From the NCBI GenBank assembly GCA_963703225.1, contig OY969801.1:864001-928000 (forward strand): a stretch of 64,000 nucleotides of DNA, read 5' to 3'. The notes beneath the pieces were generated by a model. The model worked only from the letters and a program-made list of their open reading frames with translations. It had not been told where the DNA came from and did no database searches. How positions within the stretch are numbered: the first letter of the stretch is position 1; the number at the start of each line of letters is the position of its first letter. Made by a program: the position numbers and the translations under genes. The stretch is from Candidatus Eiseniibacteriota bacterium (GTDB lineage Bacteria > Eisenbacteria > RBG-16-71-46 > SZUA-252). Below, piece after piece: positions 32,145 through 41,864 of this stretch.

Positions 32145-33350
32145 ATGGCGACCATCGGACCCAGCCAGCGACTCGAGGTTTTGCCGCGCTATCTCTTCGC
32201 CGAGCTGGAGCGGAAGCGGCGCGAGGCGGAGGCTGCGGGGCGCGAGGTTCTCGACCTCTCGATCGGCGATCCCGATCTGCCCACCCCGCAGCCGATCCTC
32301 GATCAGCTCATGGCCGCGGCGCTGGCGCCGGAAAACCACCGCTATCCCACGAGCGCCGGGCTTTTCGAAGTGCGGAGCCGGATCGCGCGATGGTTCCAGG
32401 AGCGATACGGCGTCGCGCTCGAGCCCGGGCGCGAGATCGCGATGCTCCTGGGATCCAAGGAGGGAATCGGCCACTTCCCGCTCTCGGTGCTGAATCCGGG
32501 CGACGAAGCGCTGGTGCCCGACCCGGGCTATCCCGTCTACGCCGCGGGGACGGTGTTCGCGGGGGCGACCCCGGTTCGCTATCCGATCCATGAGGAGCAG
32601 GGCTTTCTCCCCAAGATCTCCGACCTGGATCGCCTCGCCACGAACAAGACCCGCCTGATCTTCGTCAACTATCCCAACAACCCGACCGGCGCGACGGCGC
32701 CGCTGGAGTTCTACGACCTCCTCACCGATTGGGCCTCGCGGCGCGACGTGATCGTCGCGAGCGACGCGGCCTACTCCGAGCTTTACTACGACGACGCGCC
32801 GCATTCGATCTTTGAGGTGCCGGCCGCGCGGCAGCGGTCGATCGAGTTTCATTCCTTCTCCAAGACGTTCAACATGACGGGTTGGCGGATCGGCTTCGTC
32901 GTGGGGGCGCCCCCGTTGGTGGAATCGCTGGTGCGCCTCAAGGCCAACGTCGACTCGGGCGCGCCGCAGGCCATCCAGCAGGCGGCGTCGTGGGGGCTCT
33001 CGGCACTTCCGGCGCACGGGCCAACCCTCCGCGCCGTCTACCGCGAGCGGCGCGACCTGGCGCTCGAGGTGCTCCGCCGCATCGGCTGCCCGATCCGTTC
33101 GCCGGGCGGTGCGTTCTACCTGTGGGGTCGCGTGCCGACCGGCGAGCCGTCCATGGAATTCGCGTCGCGGATCTTCGAGAAGACCGGCGTGCTCCTCACG
33201 CCTGGGATCGGGTTCGGGAGCGAAGGCGAGGGCTACTTCCGCATCGCCCTCACCTGCCCGGTGGAGACCCTCGAGCGGGCGCTCGCCCGGATCGAAGCGC
33301 TCCAGCCCTGGAAGGAGGCTCGTGCCTCCGCGACCCCGGCCGCGCGTTAG
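32145..33350 (+). CDS. dapL: LL-diaminopimelate aminotransferase (class I PLP enzyme)
   Basis: YLFAEL, IGDPDLPTP, GSKEGI, NYPNNPTG, DAAYSE, EFHSFSKTFNMTGWRIG. Confidence 0.85.
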   Translation: MATIGPSQRLEVLPRYLFAELERKRREAEAAGREVLDLSIGDPDLPTPQPILDQLMAAALAPENHRYPTSAGLFEVRSRIARWFQERYGVALEPGREIAMLLGSKEGIGHFPLSVLNPGDEALVPDPGYPVYAAGTVFAGATPVRYPIHEEQGFLPKISDLDRLATNKTRLIFVNYPNNPTGATAPLEFYDLLTDWASRRDVIVASDAAYSELYYDDAPHSIFEVPAARQRSIEFHSFSKTFNMTGWRIGFVVGAPPLVESLVRLKANVDSGAPQAIQQAASWGLSALPAHGPTLRAVYRERRDLALEVLRRIGCPIRSPGGAFYLWGRVPTGEPSMEFASRIFEKTGVLLTPGIGFGSEGEGYFRIALTCPVETLERALARIEALQPWKEARASATPAAR

Positions 33351-33381
33351 GACGTCCCGCGCCCTCCGGCGCGCCACCCCC

Positions 33382-33789
33382 GTGAGCACCTCCCGACGCT
33401 CCTCGCCTCAGCACTCACCGCGCGGCGGATTCGACTGGCTGCGGCTGACCGGCATCCAGGCCTACGGCCACTTAGGCGTCACCTCCAAGGAGCGCGATCT
33501 GGGCCAGCGCGTCGAGGCGGACGTGGAGATCGCGTACCTGCCCACGGTCCAGCGGCGTCCCGACTCCATCGAGGCGTACGTCGACTACGAAGAGGTAGGG
33601 CAGCTGGTCCGTTCCCAGATCGAGAACTCGCGCTGCAAGCTGATCGAGACCCTCGCCGAGGAGGTGGCGCTGGCGCTCCTGGAAGAGACCAAGGCGCCGC
33701 GCATCCGCGTCCGCCTCCGAAAGCTCCACGTTCCTGTCTCCGGATTCAGCGGAACGCCGGAAGTGGAGATCGAAAGGGGAGAGGCGTGA
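33382..33789 (+). CDS. folB: Dihydroneopterin aldolase
   Basis: YGHLGV..ERDLGQ, VDYEEV, LIETLAE, RLRK..P; precedes folK. Confidence 0.9.
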   Translation: MSTSRRSSPQHSPRGGFDWLRLTGIQAYGHLGVTSKERDLGQRVEADVEIAYLPTVQRRPDSIEAYVDYEEVGQLVRSQIENSRCKLIETLAEEVALALLEETKAPRIRVRLRKLHVPVSGFSGTPEVEIERGEA

Positions 33790-34283
33790 CCCGGGCGTTC
33801 GTGGGCATCGGCTCCAATCTCGGCGACCGGGAGTTTTTGATCCGGAACGCGGTGGAGGGGCTCCGCGCGATTCCCCGGACGGCCGTCCTTCGCGTTTCGT
33901 CCCTCTACGACACCGATCCCGTCGGCGAGGTGGAGCAGCCCCCATTCCTGAACGCGGTGGCGTGGCTGGAGACGGAGCTCTTGCCGCGGGAGCTGCTCTG
34001 GCATCTGCTCCTGATCGAGAAGCGGATGGGGCGGGTGCGGACCCAGAAGTGGGGGCCCCGCTCGATCGATCTCGACCTCCTTTTCTTCGGCGACACGATG
34101 CTCGAGGAGGCGGACCTCACGCTGCCTCACCCCGAGGCCCACCGCCGGGCGTTCGTGCTCTATCCGCTGCAGGAATTGGACGCAGATTTCGTGCATCCTC
34201 TGAGCGGAGAGCACATCCGAAAGTTAATACGCGCGCTCGATCCCACCCCCGCCGTCCGCAAGGGCGGCCGCTTCTGGTACTGA
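33786..34283 (+). CDS. folK: HPPK (2-amino-4-hydroxy-6-hydroxymethyldihydropteridine pyrophosphokinase)
   Basis: IGSNLG, FLNAV, WGPRSIDLDLL, LPHP, RAFVLYPL. Confidence 0.97.
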   Translation: MTRAFVGIGSNLGDREFLIRNAVEGLRAIPRTAVLRVSSLYDTDPVGEVEQPPFLNAVAWLETELLPRELLWHLLLIEKRMGRVRTQKWGPRSIDLDLLFFGDTMLEEADLTLPHPEAHRRAFVLYPLQELDADFVHPLSGEHIRKLIRALDPTPAVRKGGRFWY

Positions 34284-34293
34284 GCCCGCCGGC

Positions 34294-34953
34294 GTGACCT
34301 CCGCGCTGGGTCGTTACATCGCCATCGAGGGCGTGATCGGCGTCGGCAAGACGTCCCTGGCCAAGCTCCTCGCCGAGCGGTTCCGCGCCCGGCTGGTCCT
34401 GGAAGAGCCGGAGGACAATCCGTTCCTGGCCGATTTCTACAAGCACCCCCGGCGGTACGCGTTTCAGACGCAGATGTTCTTTCTCGTCAGCCGCTACAAG
34501 GATCTCCGGGAACGGGTCCATCCGGATCTCTTCCACGAAGGGATCGTGGCCGACTACCTGTTCCAGAAGGACCGCATTTTCGCGAACCTGAATCTGAGCG
34601 ACCAGGAGCTGGCCCTCTACAACGCGATCGCGCCGCAGCTGGAGTCGGAGATACCCACGCCCGACCTGGTGGTCTACCTCCAGGCGAGCCCGGAAGTGAT
34701 CACCCGGCGGATCGAGCAGCGCGGGCGGCAGTACGAGCGGTTGATGGATCCCAAGTACACGGCGACCCTCGCCGAAGCGTACAATTACTTCTTCTTCCAC
34801 TACCGCGAGGCCCCGCTTCTGGTGGTCAGCACCGACGAGATGAACTTCGTCGACCGCCGCTCGGACCTCGAGGACTTGATCACCCGGATCGAGCAGCATC
34901 GGGAGGGAGTCGCGTACGTGAATCCAGGCGCGCGCGCGGGGGAGGGGCGATGA
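34294..34953 (+). CDS. Deoxynucleoside kinase
   Basis: IAIEGVIGVGKTSL, NPFLADFY, PDLVVYLQA, RGRQYE. Confidence 0.92.
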   Translation: MTSALGRYIAIEGVIGVGKTSLAKLLAERFRARLVLEEPEDNPFLADFYKHPRRYAFQTQMFFLVSRYKDLRERVHPDLFHEGIVADYLFQKDRIFANLNLSDQELALYNAIAPQLESEIPTPDLVVYLQASPEVITRRIEQRGRQYERLMDPKYTATLAEAYNYFFFHYREAPLLVVSTDEMNFVDRRSDLEDLITRIEQHREGVAYVNPGARAGEGR

Positions 34954-35846
34954 CGCCACGCGTCCCAGCCCCGGGTGACGGACACGCGGGGGAAGGCGTC
35001 CGCGCCACACGCCCCAAGGTTACGGTCCGCACGCTGCTCGAGATGAAGCAGCGGGGCGAGCGGATCACTTCCGTCACGGCCTACGACTACCCGACGGCTC
35101 GGATCGCGGATGAGGCGGGGATCGATCTCCTTCTCGTCGGCGACTCGCTCGGGATGGTGGTCTTGGGCTACGAGTCGACGATCCCGGTCACCATGGCCGA
35201 GATGATGCACCACCTCCGCGCGGTCGTGCGCGCCGCTCCGCGCGCGCTGGTCGTCGCGGATCTCCCCTTCGCCTCCTTCCAGGCGGGCCCGGAAGACGCG
35301 GTCCGGAACAGCGCGCGATTCGTCAAGCGCGGCGCCGAGGCGGTCAAGCTGGAAGGCGGAAGGCGCGTGCTGCCGCAAGTCGAAGCGATCCTCGCGGCCG
35401 ACATCCCGGTGCTCGGTCATCTGGGGCTCACCCCCCAATCGGTCCACCGGTTCGGCGGGTATCGGGTCCAAGCGCGGGGGCGCGAGGCGGGCGACGCCCT
35501 CCTTCAGGACGCGCTCGCACTGGAGCGCGCCGGCTGCTTCGCGATCGTGCTGGAGGGAATTCCGCTCGAGCTGGGCGCCGAGGTGACGCGCGCGCTCAAG
35601 ATTCCCACGATCGGGATCGGCGCGGGCGCCGACTGCGACGGCCAGGTCCTCGTGCTTCACGACCTGATCGGCCTCACGTTCGGGAAGCCCGCCAAGTTCG
35701 TCCGCCGCTACGCCGACGTCTCGGGAACGATCCGCGGAGCGCTCCAGGCCTTCCGCGAGGACGTCCGGACGGGACGCTATCCCGCGCCGGCCGAGAGCTA
35801 CGCCGCCGCGCCGCAAACCCCCGAGACCGATCCTTGCGCATCGTGA
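34950..35846 (+). CDS. panB: 3-methyl-2-oxobutanoate hydroxymethyltransferase
   Basis: TAYD, LVGDSLGM, VKLEGG, GHLGLTPQ, IGIGAG..DGQVLV. Confidence 0.97.
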   Translation: MTPRVPAPGDGHAGEGVRATRPKVTVRTLLEMKQRGERITSVTAYDYPTARIADEAGIDLLLVGDSLGMVVLGYESTIPVTMAEMMHHLRAVVRAAPRALVVADLPFASFQAGPEDAVRNSARFVKRGAEAVKLEGGRRVLPQVEAILAADIPVLGHLGLTPQSVHRFGGYRVQARGREAGDALLQDALALERAGCFAIVLEGIPLELGAEVTRALKIPTIGIGAGADCDGQVLVLHDLIGLTFGKPAKFVRRYADVSGTIRGALQAFREDVRTGRYPAPAESYAAAPQTPETDPCAS

Positions 35847-36697
35847 GCCGCCCCGCGGCGATGCGCGAGCTGTCCCGCCGCGCGCGCCGGAGCGGCGAAT
35901 CGATCGGATTCGTCCCGACGATGGGCGCGCTCCACCCCGGCCACCTCGCGCTGATGCGCCGCGCGCGCACGGAGAACCGCCGACTCGCCGTGAGCGTCTT
36001 CGTCAATCCACTCCAATTCGGTCCCGGCGAGGATTTCGAGCGCTACCCGAGGAACGAGCTTCAAGATTTGCGCTTCTGCCGCTGGGCGGGCACCGACTGG
36101 CTCTTCATGCCGTCCGCGCGCGCGATCTATCCGCCCGGATTCGCCACCCGCGTGGACCCGGGGCCGATGGGCGCGGTGTGGGAGGGCGCGGTCCGCCCCG
36201 GGCACTTCGGGGGAGTGCTGACGGTGGTGCTCAAGCTCCTCGAGATGGTCGAGCCCGACACGCTCTACGTGGGGCAGAAGGACGCGCAGCAAGCCGCCCT
36301 GCTCAACCAGATGGTGCGCGATCTCGATCTGGCGGTGCGGGTCGTGGTCTGTCCCACGGTGCGGGAGCGGGATGGGGTCGCTCTCTCCTCGCGAAACATC
36401 TACCTGAAGCCCGAGGAGCGGGTCCGGGCCCGCGGCATCGTCCGCGCGCTCCGCGCCGGGCGGCAAGCGGCGCGCTCCGGACGGCGGGGCGCCCGCGCCA
36501 TCGTCTCCGCCGTGCGGCGCGTGCTCCGGCGGGAGGCCGCGCCCAACCGGATCGACTACCTGGCGCTCGTCGACCCCAAGACGTTCGAGCCGATTCCGCG
36601 GCTCGACAAGCGCGGCCTCCTCATCACCGCGGTGCGGATCGGAAAGACGCGGCTGATCGACAACATGGCCGTCACGTCTTCCCGGGAAGGGGACTGA
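35834..36697 (+). CDS. panC: Pantoate-beta-alanine ligase
   Basis: VPTMGALHPGH, FVNPLQF, RPGHF, GQKDAQQ, LSSRN, RLIDN. Confidence 0.97.
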   Translation: MRIVSRPAAMRELSRRARRSGESIGFVPTMGALHPGHLALMRRARTENRRLAVSVFVNPLQFGPGEDFERYPRNELQDLRFCRWAGTDWLFMPSARAIYPPGFATRVDPGPMGAVWEGAVRPGHFGGVLTVVLKLLEMVEPDTLYVGQKDAQQAALLNQMVRDLDLAVRVVVCPTVRERDGVALSSRNIYLKPEERVRARGIVRALRAGRQAARSGRRGARAIVSAVRRVLRREAAPNRIDYLALVDPKTFEPIPRLDKRGLLITAVRIGKTRLIDNMAVTSSREGD

Positions 36698-36698
36698 G

Positions 36699-37457
36699 AT
36701 GACGGTGCCTTTCACCGCCGTCGTGCTGGCCGCGGGGATGGGAAAGCGGATGAATTCCGACCTCCCCAAGGTGCTCCACCCGGCCCTCGGAAAGCCGCTC
36801 GTCGTTCACGTCTTGAACCAGCTCGCGCCGCTCCATCCCTCGCGGATCGCGATCGTGGTCGGGCACCGCGAGGAAATGGTTCGAGAGGCGCTCGAGGGCC
36901 GTGAAGTCCACTTTGCCACCCAATCACCCCAACTCGGCACCGGGCACGCGGTCCAGATGGCGTGGCCGGAGGTGGACCTCGGTGCCGAGAGGGGCGCCGA
37001 GTCAATCTTGGTGCTCGCCGGCGACATGCCGTTGGTGCGGACGATGACGCTCCGCAAGCTCATGGAGCGGCACTGGGGCGAGCGGAACAGCGTGACATTC
37101 CTTTCGGGGGAGCTGGACGACCCAGCCGGGTACGGCCGCGTCGTCCGCGACCGGCGCGGGGACTTTGTGAAGATCGTCGAGGAGAAGGACTCGACCGCCG
37201 CCGAGCGGAAGATCGCCGAGGTCAATTCCGGCGTCTACGCGTTCCAGCGCGCGCCGCTGGGGGAAGCCCTCGGCATGCTCCGCGCCGACAATACGCAGAA
37301 GGAGTACTATCTCACCGACACGCTCGCCATCTTGAAGGGACGCGGAATGCGCGTGGGCATCGTGATGGTCTCGGACCCGCGCGAGCTGTTTGGCGTCAAT
37401 ACGCCGGAGCAGCTCGCCCAGGTGGAGGAGACGCTCCGGGCCTGGGGGGAAGGCTGA
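36699..37457 (+). CDS. Sugar-phosphate nucleotidyltransferase (GlmU N-terminal domain only)
   Basis: LAAGMGKRMNSDLPKVLH, QLGTGHAV, GYGRV, VEEKD, EVNSGVY, EYYLTD, GVN; ends before the LbH domain. Confidence 0.9.
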   Translation: MTVPFTAVVLAAGMGKRMNSDLPKVLHPALGKPLVVHVLNQLAPLHPSRIAIVVGHREEMVREALEGREVHFATQSPQLGTGHAVQMAWPEVDLGAERGAESILVLAGDMPLVRTMTLRKLMERHWGERNSVTFLSGELDDPAGYGRVVRDRRGDFVKIVEEKDSTAAERKIAEVNSGVYAFQRAPLGEALGMLRADNTQKEYYLTDTLAILKGRGMRVGIVMVSDPRELFGVNTPEQLAQVEETLRAWGEG

Positions 37458-37458
37458 G

Positions 37459-37980
37459 GTGGATCGGCTCTGGGCGGGATGGAGGATGGCCTACATCGCC
37501 AAGGCGACCGGCGGGCGCTCGAAAAAGGCCCCCTGCCTCTTCTGCGCCCTCGCCAAGGGCCGGCCCGGTCCCAAGAACTTGGTCCTGGCCCGGACCCCCG
37601 AGGTCCTCGTGGTCATGAACCGTTACCCTTATAATGTAGGGCACGTCATGGTGGCCCCACGGCGGCATCGGGGGTCCCTGGCCCGGCTGACGGCGGAGGA
37701 GTCGCTGGAGATGACGCAGTGGCTGGGCCTTGTAGAGCGGGCGCTCCAGAAGGCGTACCGGCCGCAGGGATTCAATTTCGGGATGAACCTCGGGCGGACG
37801 GCGGGGGCCGGGGTGCTGGGACACCTCCACTGGCACGTGGTTCCGCGCTGGAACGGCGACACGAACTTCATGCCGGTGACCGCTTCCACGAAGGTGCTTC
37901 CCGAGGCGCTCGACCGGACGTACCGCAGGCTCTTGGACGCGCTCCATCGCGGCGGGTCCAAGCGTCCGCGGCGCCGCTGA
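37459..37980 (+). CDS. HIT-family nucleotide hydrolase/phosphorylase
   Basis: LWAGWRMAYI, CLFC, NRYPYNVGH, HLHWHVVPRW.GDTNF. Confidence 0.92.
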   Translation: MDRLWAGWRMAYIAKATGGRSKKAPCLFCALAKGRPGPKNLVLARTPEVLVVMNRYPYNVGHVMVAPRRHRGSLARLTAEESLEMTQWLGLVERALQKAYRPQGFNFGMNLGRTAGAGVLGHLHWHVVPRWNGDTNFMPVTASTKVLPEALDRTYRRLLDALHRGGSKRPRRR

Positions 37981-37998
37981 CCGCGGGACGGTCGCGCG

Positions 37999-38418
37999 GT
38001 GGCCAAGAAGGAGAGCGGCGAATCGAAGGCGCTCGACGCCGCGATCGCCATACTCTTCGTCTTCATCGCCGCGTTCGCGGTTTCGGCGGCTCTTCGCGTG
38101 GGGCCGCAGGCGACGGGAAAGCCGAAGCACCCGATCCGGATCGAGCTCTTGAACGGAAGCGGGCGGGCGGGCCTGGCCGGCGACCTGGCTTCCTACTTGA
38201 GGGACGGCGGATTTGACGTGCTCGAGGTGAGCAACGCCGATCGCGCCGACTACCGGAATACGCTCGTGGTCAACCGGTCCGAGGCACCGGAACCGGGAAA
38301 GATCGTGGCCGAGTACCTGGGCACGCGGCACGTGATCCAGCAGATCGGGACCCAGGAGATGATTGAAGTCACGGTGATCGTGGGCCGCGACGCGCGGCGG
38401 TGGACCCAGCCGCGTTAG
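37999..38418 (+). CDS. LytR C-terminal domain membrane protein
   Basis: N-terminal TM; IELLNGSGRAGLA, VSNAD, VTVIVGRD. Confidence 0.85.
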   Translation: MAKKESGESKALDAAIAILFVFIAAFAVSAALRVGPQATGKPKHPIRIELLNGSGRAGLAGDLASYLRDGGFDVLEVSNADRADYRNTLVVNRSEAPEPGKIVAEYLGTRHVIQQIGTQEMIEVTVIVGRDARRWTQPR

Positions 38419-38461
38419 ACCACCACGGAGCCCTCGAGGCTCGGAGAGGCGGATTCATCCT

Positions 38462-38671
38462 ATGTTCAATTTGGGGCCCCAAGAACTCTTCTGGCTCTTT
38501 CTGATCGTGCTCTTCATCTTCGGGGCCAAGCGAATCCCGGAGATCGGACGCTCGATCGGCAGGGGGATTCAGGAGTTCAAGAAGGGGATGAAGGATCTCG
38601 ATACGGAGATCTCGGCGCCGGATACCAAGTCGTCGTCGGAGAGCTCGACCCAGGAGACACGGAAGCCCTGA
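38462..38671 (+). CDS. tatA: Twin-arginine translocase TatA/E
   Basis: LGPQEL..FGAKRIPEIGRSIGRGIQEFKKG. Confidence 0.95.
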   Translation: MFNLGPQELFWLFLIVLFIFGAKRIPEIGRSIGRGIQEFKKGMKDLDTEISAPDTKSSSESSTQETRKP

Positions 38672-38681
38672 AACGCGAGGC

Positions 38682-38711
38682 GGCGGGTTCGGTGTAGAGC
38701 CCGAGCCCGCC
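38682..38711. terminator. Hairpin between convergent tatA and ppiD-like genes
   Basis: GGCGGGTTCGG-N8-CCGAGCCCGCC; no clear U-tract. Confidence 0.45.
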
Positions 38712-38738
38712 CCCCGAACATCCGATCGACCGCCGCGC

Positions 38739-40557
38739 CTAGACCTCGAAGAAGTTCTCTCGATAGTCGACGATCTTGGCCCGCCGCCGAAGGTCCTGTA
38801 TCCACTCGACGAACGCCACCTGCCGACGCTCCTGCAGGAGATTCTGCCGGATGGTCGCCGCCTGCTGCTGGTATTCCTCTTCGGTCGGCGTCACGTGCTT
38901 CTCGATATAGGCGAAGAAGACGATGTTCTTGCCCGTGAGGACGGGGCTCCAGGTGGCCGTGGGCGCCCCGAAGAGCGTCCCCACCGCCTTCGGCTCCCGC
39001 TCGGTGAAGCCCGAGACGTAGCCGTTTCGCGTGACGGCTTTGGATTCTCCAGCTCTCCCGTGGAATTGCTTGGCCGCGGCGTCCTCCTTCATGCCCGCCA
39101 CGATCGCGGCGCGGGCCTCCTTGGCCGCTTCCTCCGCCTTGGCCGTCCGAAGCGAGAGGATCAGCGCCATCTTGACCTCGCGCGCCATGCTCTCGAGCGG
39201 CCGCACGCCGGCCTTCCGCTTGTCCCTGATCTGATAAAGATACCAGCCGCTCTCGGTCGGGATCGGTTTTGAGATCGCACCCACATCGGCCGAGAAGCAC
39301 CAGGCCTCGAGTTCCGGGAAGCGCTTGAAGATGTCGTTGCCGCTTGTGCCTTCGGAGAAGAAATCGGACTCGAACGTGCGGAGCCCATGCCGGGTCGCCA
39401 CCATTCCCACGCCCGAGCTCTTGGCCTCCTTGGCGTACTCGTTCACAAGCTTGCGGGCCGCCTGGATGGCTTCGGCCCCCGGCTGCACGCGGGTCGCGAT
39501 CTCGTGGTACTTGAGCCGCTCCCGACCGGTCTCCTTGTCGGGGTATCGGGCGTCCACCCGGAAGATGTGGAGCGACCGCTCCTCGCGGATGATGTCGGAG
39601 ATCTGCCCCGCCTGGACGCCGCGGAGCGCCTTCACGAAGGACGGTCGCATCTCCTCCGCGTAGGGGATCCCGCGGGGATCGCCGCCGGCCGCCGCGCTCT
39701 GGATCTCGGAATAGGTCCGCGCGAACGACTCGAACGAATCGGGTTCCGCGCGGAGTTGATCGAGAATCCCCTGGAGCCGCTCCTTCTGAGCCGAGAAGTC
39801 CGCCTCCGACGGGGAGCGGGGGATCAGAACCAGCTGCACCTTGGACTGCGCCGGGCCGGAGAACGCTTCGGTATGGGCTTTGTAGTAGGTCTCGACGTCC
39901 GCGCCCCCGATCCGGGTCGTGTCGACCGGGAAACTGTCGGGAGCGAAGGCGACGAAGCGGAAGTCGAGCTTCTCGTTTTGCAGAAGGAAGCGGTCCCGAA
40001 CGTCTCCGTCGGAAACCTTGGCCGAGAGTACCACCTCGTCTTGAAGCTTTTGCATCGGGAGCTGGGCGGCGACGTACCCCTCCACCTGCTGCCACGGTAG
40101 CTGGGAGTTGGGGTTATCCAGCTCTTGCAGATACTTTCGATAGTCAAACTGGCCGTCGGTCAGGAAGACCGGCGCCTTCATCAAGAAGTCGGGGGGGCTG
40201 AGCCGAATCGCGGCCTTGATCTCGTCGGGCGTGACGCCGAATGCCCCGCTTCCGGGCCTCTTGCTCCATGAGCTTGGTCCGGACCAACTGGGACCAGGCC
40301 TGCTCGCGGATGTAGCTGTCCTCGCCCTCCTGAAGGGCGCGCTGCTGCGTGAGCTGGCCGAGCATCTGGTTGTAGATCTGGGTGAATTCCTCGAGGTGCA
40401 CCGGCTCGCCGTTGATCTTGGCGATCACCCCTCGGGGCGCCTGGGGTGTGGCGTCTCCAAAGACGCCGCCCAGCTGGAGAACTCCGAATCCGACCAGGAA
40501 GACAATGGCCGTGATCCAAATGATGATCTTCATGTTGTCGCGCAGCGACTGCATCAT
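38739..40557 (-). CDS. PpiD/SurA-like membrane-anchored periplasmic chaperone/PPIase (apparent frameshift near 40240)
   Basis: MMQSLRDNMKIIIWI..F TM anchor, IAKING, parvulin-like FESFARTYS..GG and PIPTESGWYL, W..LRRRAKIVDYR end. Confidence 0.88.
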
Positions 40558-40692
40558 ATCGACGTACCCTCGATCCGGTTCTGGGGAGATGGAGAAGGCG
40601 TCCGGCGACGCCTTGGAACAGTCCGGTCAATCCGCATAAGGCTACCAGCGGCCAACCGGGCGCGCAAGTCGGGGCTCGGCAACCGTTTTCGG

Positions 40693-40721
40693 TTGACGCG
40701 GTTCCGGTCGCGAGGCAACGT
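40693..40721 (+). promoter_or_regulatory. Putative sigma70 promoter of the kinase/regulator pair
   Basis: TTGACG-N17-CAACGT, 7 nt before ATG 40729. Confidence 0.4.
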
Positions 40722-40728
40722 GGTCGCG

Positions 40729-41864
40729 ATGATGTCCCACCGCGAGCGAGCAGGCCGCGATGCCGCGCGTTGAAGCGCCCGAAACCGAGCGCGCTCTACT
40801 CGAGCGGGTCCTCGACGCGCTCGATACCGGGCTTCTGGCGCTCGATGAGGACCGCCAGCGTCGCCGCGATCAACGACACGCTGGCAAGAGGCTGGGGCGT
40901 GGACCGCGCGGACGTGATCGGAAGGCCGATCGCCGACGTCTTCGAGTCGGAGACCGAACGGTGGTATCTCCCGGAGCGCGGCGCCCGCGGCGCCGAAGCG
41001 CGCGCCACCCGCGAGGTGCGGGGCACGGTGGCCGAGCGGGAGCTCTTGATGCGCTACAGCGCCGCGGGACTCGGGGACAGCGGCGCGGTTTTGATCCGGG
41101 TCGAGGATCTGGTCGACGCCGACTCAGAAGAGGAAGTCTTCCGGAACACCGAGCGGCTGATCTCGCTCGGCGAGCTTTCGGCGCGGGTCGCCCACGAGAT
41201 CCGAAATCCGCTCACCGGGGTCCGCACCACGGTCCAGTTCGTCGCCTCCAAGCTCCGCGCCGGCGACTCCCGCCGCGACGACCTCCAGGACGTGCTCAAG
41301 GAGCTGGACCGGATCGAGCAGATCATCACCGACCTCCTCCTCTTCGCCCGGCCCCAGGCCGCCCGTCCCGCACCGACCGATCTCCGGGAGATCACGGAGA
41401 AGGTGCTCGACAACCTGGCGAGCCGGCTGGAGGATTCGGGCATCGAGGTGGAGGCCGACCTGGACGAGGACCTTCCCGCCGTGGTGGTCGACCCCGACAT
41501 GGTGCAGCAGGTCGTCCTGAACCTCGCCATCAACGCGATCCAGGCGATGCCCGAGGGGGGCACGCTCAGGGTCGGCGCCGGGCTCAGGCGGACCCGGTAC
41601 AAGAAGGCCTACGTGGACTTGGTGGTCGCCGACAGCGGGCCCGGCATCCCGGACGAGGTGAAGGAGAAGATCTTCGATCCCTTCTTCACGACCCGCTCGA
41701 TGGGGACCGGGCTCGGGCTTTCGATCTCGCTCCAGATCGCCCGCGAGCACGGCGGCAACCTGACGGCGCGGAACCTGGCGCAGGGCGGCGCGTCCTTCAA
41801 GCTCAGCCTGCCCGCGCCGCCCACGCCGGAGCATGAGGAAGGCGAAAGAGGAGAAGTGAGATGA
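40729..41864 (+). CDS. Cytoplasmic PAS sensor histidine kinase, NtrB-like (start uncertain; apparent frameshifts near 40770 and 40855)
   Basis: PAS-like VLDALDTGLLALD..IN; H-box AHEIRNPL; NLAINA; DSGPGI; FDPFFTT; GTGLGL; no TM segment. Confidence 0.9.
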
